Below, in pieces: positions 37,461 to 49,813 of a stretch of 64,000 nucleotides of DNA. The notes beneath the pieces were generated by a model, which was not told where the DNA came from, ran no database searches, and was given only the letters and a program-made list of their open reading frames with translations. This stretch comes from Camelus dromedarius (taxonomy: Eukaryota): NCBI RefSeq assembly GCF_036321535.1, contig NC_087436.1:80726001-80790000 (forward strand), in the 5' to 3' direction. Position 1 is the first letter of the stretch. The number at the start of each line of letters is the position of its first letter. The translations under genes and the position numbers were made by a program.

Positions 37461-38099
37461 GAGGTATGTGAAGGGCAAGACTAACAAGAACTTAATAGAT
37501 GCTTACTAAACATCTTTTCCTGTTTGCTTCTCTGGGTTTCTTCAAGCCTTATGTAAATATGAAAAAGTTTTATCTCCTGTGGATCAAACACATGGCTTCA
37601 AGATAGAATGTATAAATCCCAAAGCCATGAAAAAATGATTAGTTCAGGGGTCTTACTTGCCTGATAATTCTTGATATTCATACAGCAACTTGCTTAGTGA
37701 AAATATCTTCATTCATTGACTGTCAGAACTAGAGGTAATGCTAGAAGCATTCAATAAATGTTTGTTGAATGACTGAATGAATATATCTCTTTTGATTTCA
37801 TAAAATATCATGACTGAGCAAGTGTTGTACTCTTATAAGGCATATGGTAAAATATGAGAACTAAACTGACCCTCTACAGACTGTTGCTTTGCCATCCAAG
37901 AACTGGTATATGACTTATTTACTGTGGAAAATGATTGTATTTCTAACATAGAATTAAAAGACTGTAAAAATTTTCGATTTTTTATTACATTATTGAATAA
38001 TTCCTTTGGATTTACACTTTCATGATTATGGATACATGGTGAAAGCTACTAGTAATTTTGCGTGTTGAAATCACATTTCTAAGAGTCTTTGCAAACATA

Positions 38100-38330
38100 T
38101 AAAGATGGGTTTGAATCTCAGTTTTTCTTTACCTCTTCTTTGGTATTTGACCTTGGACAACTTACATTACCTTTATGAGCCTCAGTATTTTCATCCATAA
38201 CACAGGATGAAGATAAATCTTATCCTGTGAGTTTGTACTAGAGTTTTAAATAAGGTGAAACATGTAAAACAATAAATACATTTTCTGGAATAGAGTAAAT
38301 GCTCAGTGAGTGGCAGTTTTTCTATTAATA
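38100..38330 (+). mobile_element. MIR
   Basis: GGGTTTGAATCTCAG...TGACCTTGGACAACTTAC...TGAGCCTCAGTATTTTCATC...AGTAAATGCTCAGT. Confidence 0.75.
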
Positions 38331-38634
38331 TTAATAGCAATGATGACACTAGTAATACCATAAGTAATAATAATAATAATAGAATAACAATAAACTATTA
38401 CCAGGGAGGGATATATTTTTCTCAAAGATACACTGTATACGTGCAATAGGAATGATGCTTAAACATCTTTTCCTTCCATCATCCCTAGAGAAAACTTGGA
38501 ATGAGTTTGGAACTTGCTTCCTATAATGCTTAAAGCGAGCTTTTGTTCTCACCTGAGTGTTCTGACATTGCGTAATTGGATAGTAAACAAATTATGTCAC
38601 ATGCTTGGCATGTACTTCTTAATAATTTTGAAAA

Positions 38635-38651
38635 GCCACTAGAGGGTGCTA
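38635..38651 (+). promoter_or_regulatory. Candidate CTCF binding site
   Basis: GCCACTAGAGGGTGCTA is close to the CTCF core CCACYAGRKGGCRC, with one mismatch explicable by CpG decay. It lies in non-repeat sequence. Confidence 0.55.
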
Positions 38652-39759
38652 CTTTGTTAGGAAAATAAAAGCACCTCCCAACAGTAGCATTCAGTCTGCA
38701 GCAGCGGCGTCTGATGTTAGGGGCCAGAACTGAGCTCTCTGCTGTGAGTATCCAGATGCAATTTTTTCATTTATCGTTATGTCAGAAGTAAATAGCAACA
38801 GTTTAGGCAAGCCACAAAAGTTGATACAAATAAAATCCTAGTCTTTTCTTTCGGTAAAGGTTTGTACTAATTCTGTTATGGAAAAACTGTGAATGTTTCT
38901 TACCAAACAATATTCTGAGGCTATATGACTTTCTTAGGAGAGATAAGCTGGCTTTACAGTATATGTGTTGTGTTTTGACTAGATATCTGTTGCTCGATGA
39001 CTTTGGTATAATGATTTTCTTCTGTCTCTGGTAGTTTTTATTATAAGGATCAGTGAAAATGAAGATCTTGTATTATTTTTGCCCTCTGAAAAATAACATT
39101 TCAGTGATCCAAATGTCACAATTATGTTCAGGTGAGTGTTGCAGATAAACTAAGTACGTGACCTTCATTTTTGTTGCTGTGGGTTTGAAGTGAATGTTAC
39201 GCTGAGAGGTTGTATGAAGTGTCAGCCTCAATTATGAATAAGAGCCTTTAGTCTATAGTTCATATTCAGTGGCAAGCATCTTTGTGAAGCCAGTTCTCTA
39301 AGGACGAAACACAGTCAGCATGGATTTAGTCAAAAGATTTTTGCAGATTAACTGTGATCTTTTCAGACAACCATGAGGTAATGATAGAGATGGAGGAAGA
39401 TTGTCAGTAGTTGAAGGAGAGGAAGAAATAAATGGGGAAACGTAAAAGAATCCTAACTGTCCAATAGAAGTGAACTACGCGAAAACTGGATGTTCTCAGT
39501 GTGTACATTTTTTATTCCTGTTGGAGGAGTTAGCTTCCTGAGGGATTTTTTTCCTACTACATGTTATTTCTGAAATATGAGTAGGGGAAAGGGTTTTTGA
39601 TTGAATGTGCATTAGCAAAAGGAACAACTGGAAAGTTTCAGACGACATTATTTGGAAGCGTCTAGCTCCTTGTCTTCTGAGTTTCCTAGACCCAAGGTAA
39701 CTAATGAACTGGCCTGATGGGACTTGATGTTTAAACAGAATTTAGTCAGGTTACTGGCT

Positions 39760-39798
39760 CGTGTGTGTGTGTGTGCGTGCGTGCGTGTGCGCGTGTGC
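39760..39798. repeat. (GT)n/(GCGT)n alternating purine-pyrimidine tract
   Basis: Read directly from the sequence. Confidence 0.9.
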
Positions 39799-40376
39799 TT
39801 TCCACACACTCACACATACTTGATCACAGCTGTAAGAGGTCATGACAGTCAAGAGCTCAGTCTTATCTTACTGTAATTTTTAGTGTTACTGCAGCTTCTT
39901 TGGCTTGTTTGTCTTTGGAACAGTTTTTGTGAGTTAGATAAGTTATTTATGGTGAGAGAGGGGGGCAGTCAGGAGGCTCTGATTACTGTTCACCATTGAA
40001 ATGTTTTTAATTCCACCGTCAAACCTTTACAGAGAATTTGAGACTGGCAACGTTTGTGTGGCACTAGAATGTGAAAAAAAATCTAGTTTTCATCCATCTT
40101 TTTCATTAATGTAGATATGTCTTTCATCCTGTAAGTTCTCTTGAGGATGGGAATGAAAAACAATGGGGTTAGCTCATTGTTCAAGTGAGGGGAGTAAGGA
40201 ATTCTAATTCATCCTTCTCTGGATGATCAGGAAGGGAATCGTCAAGCACTGAGTTTTTACTGAGAGAAATAACTCCACTGTAATTTGCCAGCTGTATGCA
40301 AGCATGGATTACAGAATATAACAAGGAATTAGAAGGAAGGTGGGGTTTTTAAGCCCTCTGCTTCTGATCTGTAGAA

Positions 40377-40436
40377 TTGTGACAAATGGCTTTACCTTAG
40401 ACCTAGTTGTGACAGATGGCTTTACCTTAAACCATG
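40377..40436. repeat. 30-bp tandem duplication
   Basis: TTGTGACAAATGGCTTTACCTTAGACCTAG / TTGTGACAGATGGCTTTACCTTAAACCATG. Confidence 0.9.
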
Positions 40437-40841
40437 GAATGCTTAAGATTTAGTTTAGTTTTTAAATTAAAAAAATTTTTTTTTTTTTTTGCTAAGAAAG
40501 AATAGTGTCTATCTGGTTTGCATCAGAGAATTGTTGTGAGAGACGTATTAAAAAGTGTCCTAAAACTACAAAGGCCAGTAGAACTGTAGCCCTGATCTGT
40601 GACAATACAGTCAAAATTGGGCTTTAATAGGTTAAATACTATTAGGAAACTACCTATTTGTTTCCCCGTTCTTTGATTTTCTTCTGCATTCCAATTTCTC
40701 ATTCTATACATTGCTGTCTTGCAAATCACGACATTGAATGTCTCAGCCTGACAGCAGATGCTAAAGTTGTGATGATGAAAGAGGTAGAAAAAGGTAGTTT
40801 ATTTTCTCATGTGATACACAATGTTACTGCCAATAGCTGTG

Positions 40842-42242
40842 ATTTACACTGTTGTGCTAGTTTCTGCTGTGCAGCATAATGTTTCAGTTATACATATATA
40901 TATTATATTCCTTTTCATATTCTTTTTAATTATAGGTTATTATAAGATAGTTCCCTGTGTTATACGGTAGAACCTTGTTGTTTATCTCTTTTATATATAG
41001 TAGTTAGTATCTGCAAATCCCGAACTCCCAGTTTACCCCTCCACATCCCCATACTGCCTTGGTAACCATAAATTTGTTTTCTGTGTCTGCGAGTCTGTTT
41101 CTGTTTTATAAGTAAGTTCATTTGCGTCCTTTTTTTTTAGATTCCACATATAAGTAGTATCATATGGTATTTTTCTTTCTCTTTCTGGCTTACTTCACTT
41201 AGTATGACAATCTCCAGGTCCGTCAACATTGCTCTAAATGGCATTGTTTTATTCTTTTTTTATGGCTGAGTACCATTCCATTGTATAAATATACCACAAC
41301 TTCTTTATCCAATCATCTGTCAAAGGACATTTAGGTTGCTTCCATGTCTTGTCTATTGTAAATAGTGCTGCTATGAACATTGGGGTGCATGTATCTTTTC
41401 GAATTAGAGTTGCCTCTGGATATATGCCCAGGAGTGGGATTGCTGGATTATATGGCAAATCTGTTTTTAGTCTTTTGAGGAATCTCCATAGTGTTCTCCA
41501 TAGTGGCTGCACCAAACTCCACTCCCACCAGCAGTGTAGGAGGGTTCCCTTTTCGCCACAGCCTCTCCAGCATTTATCATTTGTGGACTCTTCAATGATG
41601 GCCATTCTGACTGGTGTGAGGTGATACCTCATTGTAGTTTTGATTTGCATTTCTCTGATAATTAGTGATATTGAGGATTTTTTCATATACCTGTTGGCCA
41701 TTTGTATGTCTTCATTGGAGAATTGCTTGTTTAGGTCTTCTGCCCATTTTTTGGATTGGGTTGTTTGTTTTTTGTTATTAAGCCGTATGAGCTGTTGGTA
41801 TATTCTGGAAATTAAGCCCTGTCAGTCACATCATTTGCAAATATTTTTTCCCATTCTGTAAGCTGTCCTTTTGTTTTGTTTATAGGTTTGCTGTGCAAAA
41901 GCTTATAAGTTTAATTATGTCCCATTTGTTTATTTTTGCTTTTATTTCTATTGCCTGGGTAGACTGCCCTGGGAGAACATTGCTAAGATTTATGTCAGAG
42001 ACTATTTTGCCTATGTTTTCTTTTAGGTTTATAGTGTTTTGTCTTACGTTTAAGTCTTTAAGTCATTTTGAGTTTATTTTTGTGTATGGTGTGAGGTGTA
42101 ACTTTATTAATTTACTTGTGGCTGTCCAGCTTTCCCAACACCACTTGTTGAAGAGACGGTCTTTCTCCAATGTATAGTGTTGCCTCCTTTGTTGAAGATT
42201 AATTGATTGTAGGTGTGTGGGTTTATTTCTGGGCTTTCTCTT
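40842..42242 (-). mobile_element. 5'-truncated L1 (about 1.4 kb) lacking a poly(A) tail
   Basis: ORF2 C-terminal frames (41249-41701: [18 protein letters not shown]) and 3'UTR. Flanked by CCAA(T/C)AGCTGTG at 40830-40841 and 42243-42254. Confidence 0.9.
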
Positions 42243-44755
42243 CCAACAGCTGTGCTTTTCCTTTAATTTTGACATATCTTTTCTATGACCCAGTTCCTGC
42301 TTTTAAAGCACATTATACTCTTGGCCTCTTAAGCTTAGATGCTCAAATAATTCCATGGAATCCCCTTTACTGACTTAAAACCTGAGTGGATATGAATTTT
42401 GAAATACTGTACTGGAAACTTTTTTTTCCTTTTTTTTTGGCTCAGTTTCTCATTTAGAAACTTAAGGGGAGCAAGTGTTCTCAGTAGCTTCCCTTGGTAT
42501 AGCTCCATGGCTCTCAAATTGAGGCTTCCCTTTATTAGCCATTGGACTGAACTTTGTGACGGAGTCCTCTTCTTTTGCCTTCTATGTCTTTATGAAAGCC
42601 TTACTTGAGTAACATGTAAGTGAAAGTTTTGATTTTCTGGCTTAAGCTAGTAACACACATACCTATATTTGTATATGTCAATCTTAGCCATATCTATGGG
42701 GTAAGATAGATGAAGATCAAAGAAATTACAATATCACCTTTATCCTTTATGATTGATAAAACTGATATTGGGGACTGTGACTTGAAGAAGTAGCAATAAT
42801 GGCATCTTAGTACCAAACTCCAAGCTCAGCCAGAGGCAGGCAGCTTGGGACATCCCGGGTGGAAGCCTGCCCTTGTTCGACTTAAAGGCAGGGTGGAGCG
42901 CGTATACTCTCTCAGGGCAGCAGGCTCCCTCTGGGACGTGGGGAAAAGGGGCTGAGCTGTGTCTACCTAGTGCCTCTCCCAGACTCATCAGTCAGCTCAC
43001 TGACTCTCTGGGGTGAAAACCTTGGAAATGCCCCATTTCAGAAACCTGAGGAAAGAATGTCCCAACTCCACTAGCCCTCAAATATTTTCCAGGGATTTTG
43101 TTTGTTTGTTTGTTTGTTTTACACTAAGCCTATGAAAAGCAAGGTTGCTGCTGTTGTCTTAGAGAAGACCTGCAGTCTATCAGACAGCTTGCTCCCCCCT
43201 TCACGAGGCTGTTGTCCTACCTCTGCTCTCTGACTTTTTGTGGTTCTACTTGGGAAACTGGTGAGACAGACACCTTATTGCCCTAGAAGTGTCCAAAAGT
43301 GTCAGTCGGTACTACAGCAGAAAACCTTCTTTCTGTTCCCAACCCAAATGATTATCTGCCTACACTGTCCAAATTTATTTGTTTGCAGTGATATCAAATG
43401 ACCACATGGAGCTATTCCAATAACGACGTACCAAAAAATTAGATATCCTAAATTTAAATATAAGTCTCCGCTCACTCTTAAATTCTTCAATAAAATTAAA
43501 GTACAAATTTAAACTCCTTTGAATGTTACAGTTTAAATCAATTAGGGTCCAGAATCAAATTATTTTACCTTTGTGATTTCAAAGAAATTGGTGGGAAAAA
43601 AATCATCCTTGCCAATTTCTTACTCTGATTGGTCTCAACAGAGACTTCTTACTGGCTGGGGAGGACGAGTTTCCTTCAGCAGCTGCAGCCTGGTTTATTT
43701 CTCATGGAATGATAGCTTTGGTAGCTTGTTCTTGTGTAGTTCCTTCACAACCTCAGATATAGCATTAAGTAATTGCCAAGTTTCTGATGCACCTAATTTT
43801 TTAGAAAGGGATTCACAAGATTATTATAGCCCTGATTCCATTCTCACCAAATTTAGGAAAAAAATTAATACCTAGGCCCTAGAGTAGTTTTTCAGGGGAA
43901 AATTGTGTTCCCCAAACTCAGTTTTTAAGGTTGTTGAAGATTCTAGAACGAACTCATTGAGATCTGAGAACAGGGTGGGCAGTCTTGATTTTAGTCTGAT
44001 TAGGATGACACTTTATGCCAGATTTTCAGAATCTATGACTTGGGAACTTGAATTCAACTGGGAGAAATCACCTATAAATGTATCACCTTTGGCCGTAGGG
44101 AATTACTGGATCTTGAGAGAAAATACATTTAGGAACACTATTTTCCAAGAAAGGAACATTTGAGATTTGCTGGGCAAGCTTAGGACTTTGCAAGGGTTTC
44201 TACATTCTTATCTGATGTACTTCTGGACTTTTTAGGGGGGCATTCTGATGGTGATTTAGTGTGGACTCTGTCTAGTGACAAGTCCCCCACTCTCTCTTAT
44301 TCCATGGTGGCTGATTCCACTGCTTTGGCTATGAAATTGCTAGAAATGAAGTAAAATCTCCGAGGGAAAGTTTCTTTTTCCTCTTCATCCTTCCTCCAGC
44401 TGGAGAAACATCTTCAGCAGATTCCTGAAGTCACACTGTCATTGATATTTCTTAAAGCTTGTAACCTTAGGAGGGTTTACAGGTGTCTCCCTGTTTTCTT
44501 CAAGAAAATGTTACCTGGCACAAAAAATTTAAAGCTGGGACCTCACACATGTCTTCTTCGAAAGCACTCAGAACTTAGATGTGTGCACCTAAAGACAGTG
44601 CCTACATACATGACTGAGAAACAGTACAGTCAACAAAAATTGCTTTACCTGTCATCCATACACAATAGGTAGTTCAGGGTCATGCTGTAGCAGCCAGCTT
44701 CTGAAGATCTTTGTGGCCCATATGACTTTATTTAAGGCATGGGAAGTCCTGCTTG

Positions 44756-44797
44756 TATAAAAACAGCCTCACACTCTATAAAAATAGCCACACACCT
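44756..44797. repeat. 21-bp tandem duplication containing MEF2/TATA-like A/T boxes
   Basis: TATAAAAACAGCCTCACACTC / TATAAAAATAGCCACACACCT. Confidence 0.7.
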
Positions 44798-45924
44798 GTG
44801 GACAAGTTACCATAAGCATCAGTCCTCCATCAAATGCAAAATTCCATAATGACCAATTAAGGTATAAGAGCTAAAGCTACTGATTATAAGCACACCACAC
44901 AACTGTGAGAGCCAGTTGCAGGATGCAGTATAAGCCCCCGAAAACCACTAGAGCCAACTACAGACAGAGCCTGACTTCACCTAATGCCTCATCGATATTA
45001 TTTTGGCTCTCCAAATACTACTCCATGTCTATTTCTCAATATTCCTGGCGCAAGGCACCATATCCTAACACCCAGATCTTGGGCAAAGGGAGAATCTGCC
45101 CTCTAAAACATGGATTTGGAATAGCTGAACTGAATGCCTGTACCCTGTAGTTACCTGGATCACAAGGGAGTTTTGGGAAAGCAGAAGGAGCTGGGTTACT
45201 CATGTCCAGTTCTTTTCTGAAACTTGCCAGTCAGGCAGCTCACTCCACCTTTGGGCACAAGAAGCTAGTGGTATGTAGGGCATTTAGGGCATTTCTCCTC
45301 ATGGAAAGCAGAGAAGTGGAGAAGTTCTATTCCCCCTTGACACAAATCGATTGGATGTCCCCTGTGGCCTCCTTTGATAGCTTGTTCTTGAAACCAGTTC
45401 CACTCTCCAGAATAAAAAACCCAAACCAAACAAATAAACAGTAAAGACTTGTGTGATCTAAGTAATTGAGGAGCTCAACAGCTGAATGGCTCAACACATG
45501 CATCATTAATTTCAATTCTGCTGCAGTTTTTCCCAGGTGCTTTACATGTGTTAGCTGTGACTGATCTCTTCAAACGCTCAACGTAACACATTTCTGGAAA
45601 TGCTTGGTTAAGTGCGTTTTCCAAAAGTAGGTTGGAAAGATTTCAAATGACACGAATGGAAAAAAACAGAATGAATAGGAAAATGATTCACAGTGCGCAT
45701 TGATACAGGGAGATGTAATTACATTAAGTTAAATGAGGTAATAGTTGTGAAACCACTTCGCAAAGCTTGTAAAATGCCATATGAAGGTAAAATTTGAGCT
45801 GTTAACATTCTGTGCAAATGGTTTGCAGTTTGAAGTCTTTAGTTCCTATTATGAAAATTTTGGTAGGAACTTTAAAATCTAGTTTCTTTCTCTCTCTCTT
45901 TGTCCTTTCTATGAACATTGTCTC

Positions 45925-46770
45925 TTTTTTTAATTGAAGTATAGCTGATTTACAGTGTTGTGTTAGTTTCAGGTATGGAGCAAAGTGATGTAGTTATTTA
46001 TATATATATAAATCTATTCTTTGCTTCAAATTCCTTTTCACTATAGGTTGTTACAAGATATTTAATATGGTTCCCAGTGGTATGCAGTAGGCCCTAGTTG
46101 GTTATGGATTTTATATATAGTAGTATGTATATGTTAATCCCAAGCTCCTAGTTTATCCCGTCTCCCCTCTCCCTCTCCCCTTTGGTAACCGTAAGTTTAT
46201 TTTCTATGTTTGTGAGTCTATTTTCTGTTTTGTAAATAAGTTGATTTGTATCATTTTTTAAGATTTCACATATAAGCAGTATCATATAATATTTGTCTTT
46301 TTCTGTCTGTCTTACTTCACTTAGTACGATAATCTCTTGATCCATTCATGTTGCTGCAAATGGTATTATTTTACTCTTTTTATGGCTGAGTAATATTCCA
46401 CTATATCTATATCTATACCACACCATCTTTATCCATTCATCTGTCAGTGGACACTTATTTTGCTTCCATGTCTTGGCTATTGTAAATAGTACTGCTGTGA
46501 ACATTGGTGTGCATGTATCTTTTTGAATTAGTGTTTATTCAGATGTATGCCCAGGAGTGGGATTGCTGGATCGTATGGTAAGTGTATTTTTAGTTTTTAA
46601 AGGAACCTCAACACTGTCCTCCATTGTTGCTGCACCAATTTGCATTCCTACCATCAGTATAGGGGGGTTCCTTTGTCTCCACGCCGTCTTCAGCATTTAT
46701 TGTTTGTGGACTTTTTTGATGATGGCTATTCTGATCGATGTGAGGTGATACCTCATTGTAGTTTTGATTT
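45925..46770 (-). mobile_element. 5'-truncated L1 (about 850 bp)
   Basis: Poly-T, 3'UTR, ORF2 end (IVLSEVRQTEKDKYYMILLICEI), through GTGAGGTGATACCTCATTG. Confidence 0.9.
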
Positions 46771-47330
46771 AGCTCCACTCTCTCTTAAAGAAACAAAGTA
46801 AATGATCTCTTTAAGCCTTAGAGCCTATGGTCATGGTCACTTATGAATGGCCAAGAGGGCCTAAAAGACAGTTTGGTTTTCTTAATAATCAGTGCCAGAG
46901 CTGGTGTTTGCCTAGATTTGTGTGAGACTCAAGCCGAAAGGGCATGAGATGCCAAAAAATATGAAAACTTGACCATAGAAAAATGTTAGCACATCAACTT
47001 TAGATATGAAGGAGAAGAGATATGTATATTTTGGAACCTAAAAGGAATTAATTCCTCTTTTGTTTTCTTTTTTTTTTTTAAAATAATGTCAGAAAGTTAT
47101 TTGGTCAGTAAAGTGTCTTTAAAAATATAGTAAAACTGTATTACAAAGACCCCAATCTATGTCCTACTTCTGTATAAGTTTAGTGTACATAAAGATTTAA
47201 TCCAGAGGACTAACTAACAACTTGCTATCTTGCATTTTGTTTAAATGGTTAGTTGATGACATATTCTTTTATGTCTTAATGAAATATCCCCTTTCAATGA
47301 AAACAATTTCCATATAGATCTTACGGGGTA

Positions 47331-47909
47331 TGGTAAGTTCTGCTATAATGCTTGTTTTGAAAATGTGAAATTGTTCCAACACAACTAATATATTAGGGAA
47401 CTTTGAGCATGACACAAATTTTGTCTTTGCTTCTGCACAATTTTGTGAGAAACTCTAGGTGAATACAGTAAACTGAAGTCAGCTGAACCCAGCTGCATCA
47501 GAACGCGCATAAAACACATGCAGATGTCTCAGATTCTACCAGGTGTCTCCATTCACCACGCCCACCCACATCTGGTGCTAGAACTTTCAGACCCATTGCA
47601 GATAACCCTCCTTCCATGATTTCACAGTGACTCACAAATTGCAACTCATCTGCAAACTTCATGTCTTTTTCAAGGTAAAGTACCATATTTATTGTAGTAT
47701 TTATGTATCTTGTAACTATTTCATATAAATAAAACAGTGCCACCATTTTTATTAGGTTCCTACCTTTTTAAAAAATGTGATGATGAAATTTTTGAGTATT
47801 GTGTCCCTGACCCAATTTTCTCATAAGCCCTGTGGTTTTTATTGTGTGATTTTGCATAGCATGCTAATTTTAAGGAATGCAGGTGTCATTAGTCTAGCAG
47901 AACTGGCTG
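47331..47909. mobile_element. TcMar-Tigger non-autonomous element (Tigger13a-like)
   Basis: Inverted termini AGTTCTGCTA ... TAGCAGAACT(GGCTG). Subfamily name from recall. Confidence 0.7.
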
Positions 47910-48416
47910 GATTTTAAATTCAGTTTTTCACTTTTGTTTATATTTTGGAGCAACAAGTAATACAGTTCTCTATTTCCCTTCTTCCCTCGCCCAACTTTTT
48001 TGATAGTACCATTAGTTTATTGCAAGATCCCTGCAAAGTGTCTGCTGGCTAGTTTCTGTGTAAGCAAGCTTGTCTGCATTTGCATGAATTGTGAACAATT
48101 CTGTGCAGATACACACATTTGAAACCAGGCAGAAACCTACAGGAGTCTGTCTTTAGGCTCAGAGATATTGACAACAGTCATGCATCCTTGTTTTTTTCCA
48201 TGTGTTGAATTTGAGACAAAGTTTGGCAGTCAAAAACTTCCATACATGATATTTAATAAATACATGAAATATACATAAGAAAAGACCTTTCTGCAGGATT
48301 TTATTTTTGTTTTGTGCATCTGTCTCAGGCCACGTGAATACTACCACATGTATGGTATATGTGTCTACTCTACTTTGATTTTTATTGTTGTATTCCTCTT
48401 TCGAAGTCCCTTCCTC

Positions 48417-48575
48417 TTTTTTTTTAATTTTACTCAAGTATAATTGACAAATAAAATTGTAAGATATTTAAAGTGTACATCATGATGATTTGATATATGT
48501 ATATGTTATAAAAGAGTTCCTCCCATCTAGTTAATTAACACATCTGTCACCTCACGTATTTATCTTTTTCTGTTT
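48417..48575 (-). mobile_element. Older L1 3' stub (L1MA-like)
   Basis: Poly-T, then TATAATTGACAAATAAAATTG...TTTAAAGTGTACA...GTTAATTAACACATC. Confidence 0.8.
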
Positions 48576-48719
48576 AGAAACTCCTTTGCTTTTCTATACT
48601 CCCTTTTCCATTCATCATGTGCTGTACCCTATGCACAGCCACAGTGCATAAAATGTAAGTCATAGACCAAAAATTCAATGATGTGAGGGAAATGTACTTG
48701 TTCATAAAAGCTGAAAAGA

Positions 48720-48891
48720 GATATTAATATCTATTAACTTCCTTCTATGTTCCAGGAAGTTGGTTACCTTGTTCACTGATAATATATTTCATTCAATCTT
48801 CACAATATCCCTTACAGTTTTTACTTTCCATTTTAACAGATGAAGAAACTAAAGCTCATGGAAGGTCATTAGCTGTCCCAGTATCAAGTAG
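48720..48891 (-). mobile_element. MIR, interrupted by an LTR
   Basis: TTCAATCTTCACAATATCCCT...CCATTTTAACAGATGAAGAAACTAAAGCTCA. Confidence 0.75.
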
Positions 48892-49352
48892 TGTTAGAGC
48901 TGTGTGGGTCCTCTCATGTGTGAACACAAAGATGAGATTAGATTCGTAAGAGATTTATTGGAGAAATGCCTGTGAAAGATGAAGAAGAGAGTAGGAGAGT
49001 CTTCAGGCCATGATGCAGGTCTGACACCTGAGAAAGAAGAGAAAAGGAAGGAGGTCTTGGTAGGAAAATGTCAAACTGAACAGAGTTCTGAGAAAGCCTC
49101 AGGCCAGTGCCTCAGGGAGTCCCTGAGAAGAAGAAGCCCATGAGGGGAGTCTTGCATTGGTAGGAACGGCCACCCAGTTCTAGTATTCCTGCCATACTCC
49201 ATCATTGGTGTGGAGCAGCCCGAGGGAAGCCTGGATCTCTGAGCTCCAAGTTGGATCCAAAGGTGTGGACAGGAGGCTACCAGTCATCTGTGATCCCAGG
49301 AGCAGCTTCTCCTGAAGGGAGATCTGGGCAGTGCACCTCCAGGATCACCCAC
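48892..49352 (-). mobile_element. ERVL LTR (LTR16-like)
   Basis: TG...CA termini; AAGAGATTTATTGGAGAAATGCCTGTGAAAGAT and GATGCAGGTCTGACACCTG motifs. Confidence 0.7.
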
Positions 49353-49631
49353 AGTCACAATTCAAGAGCACACCCGCCTGGGTACAAAGTTCTTCTCTGC
49401 TTGGGTGATGCACAGGGTTGGTGGCAGAGCTTGTTCTGCACCAGTCAAAATAACACCCTTACTCACCTCCAGATAATGTAACCCAAGTGAAATCTGTGAG
49501 TTTGATATGCAGACGCAGCTTCAGAATAAGTCTCTAAGTCTCCTAGATTGCAGTAGCTTGCTGCATCTAAGTTGCTCTTAAAATTTTGTAGCTGCCACTT
49601 AACAGCTGAGGACAGAGAAGCAATTTTCTAG

Positions 49632-49813
49632 AGGAAAAGTTCTAATGTTGGCAGCACATTAAAATCAGGTGAGGGGATGGTTTACATTTCCTATGTCTAG
49701 TTTGTACCTCCAGCCAATTAAATTATAATCTCTCAGGGTGGAACCTAGGCATCAGTATTTTTTTTAAAGGTTCACAGGTGGTTTCAATGTGTATCCAAGG
49801 TTGAGAGCTACTG
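49632..49813. mobile_element. hAT-Charlie MITE (MER5A-like)
   Basis: CCAATTAAAT...CCTAGGCATCAGTATTTTT...CAGGTGGTTTCAATGTG...CAAGGTTGAGAGCTACTG. Confidence 0.8.
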
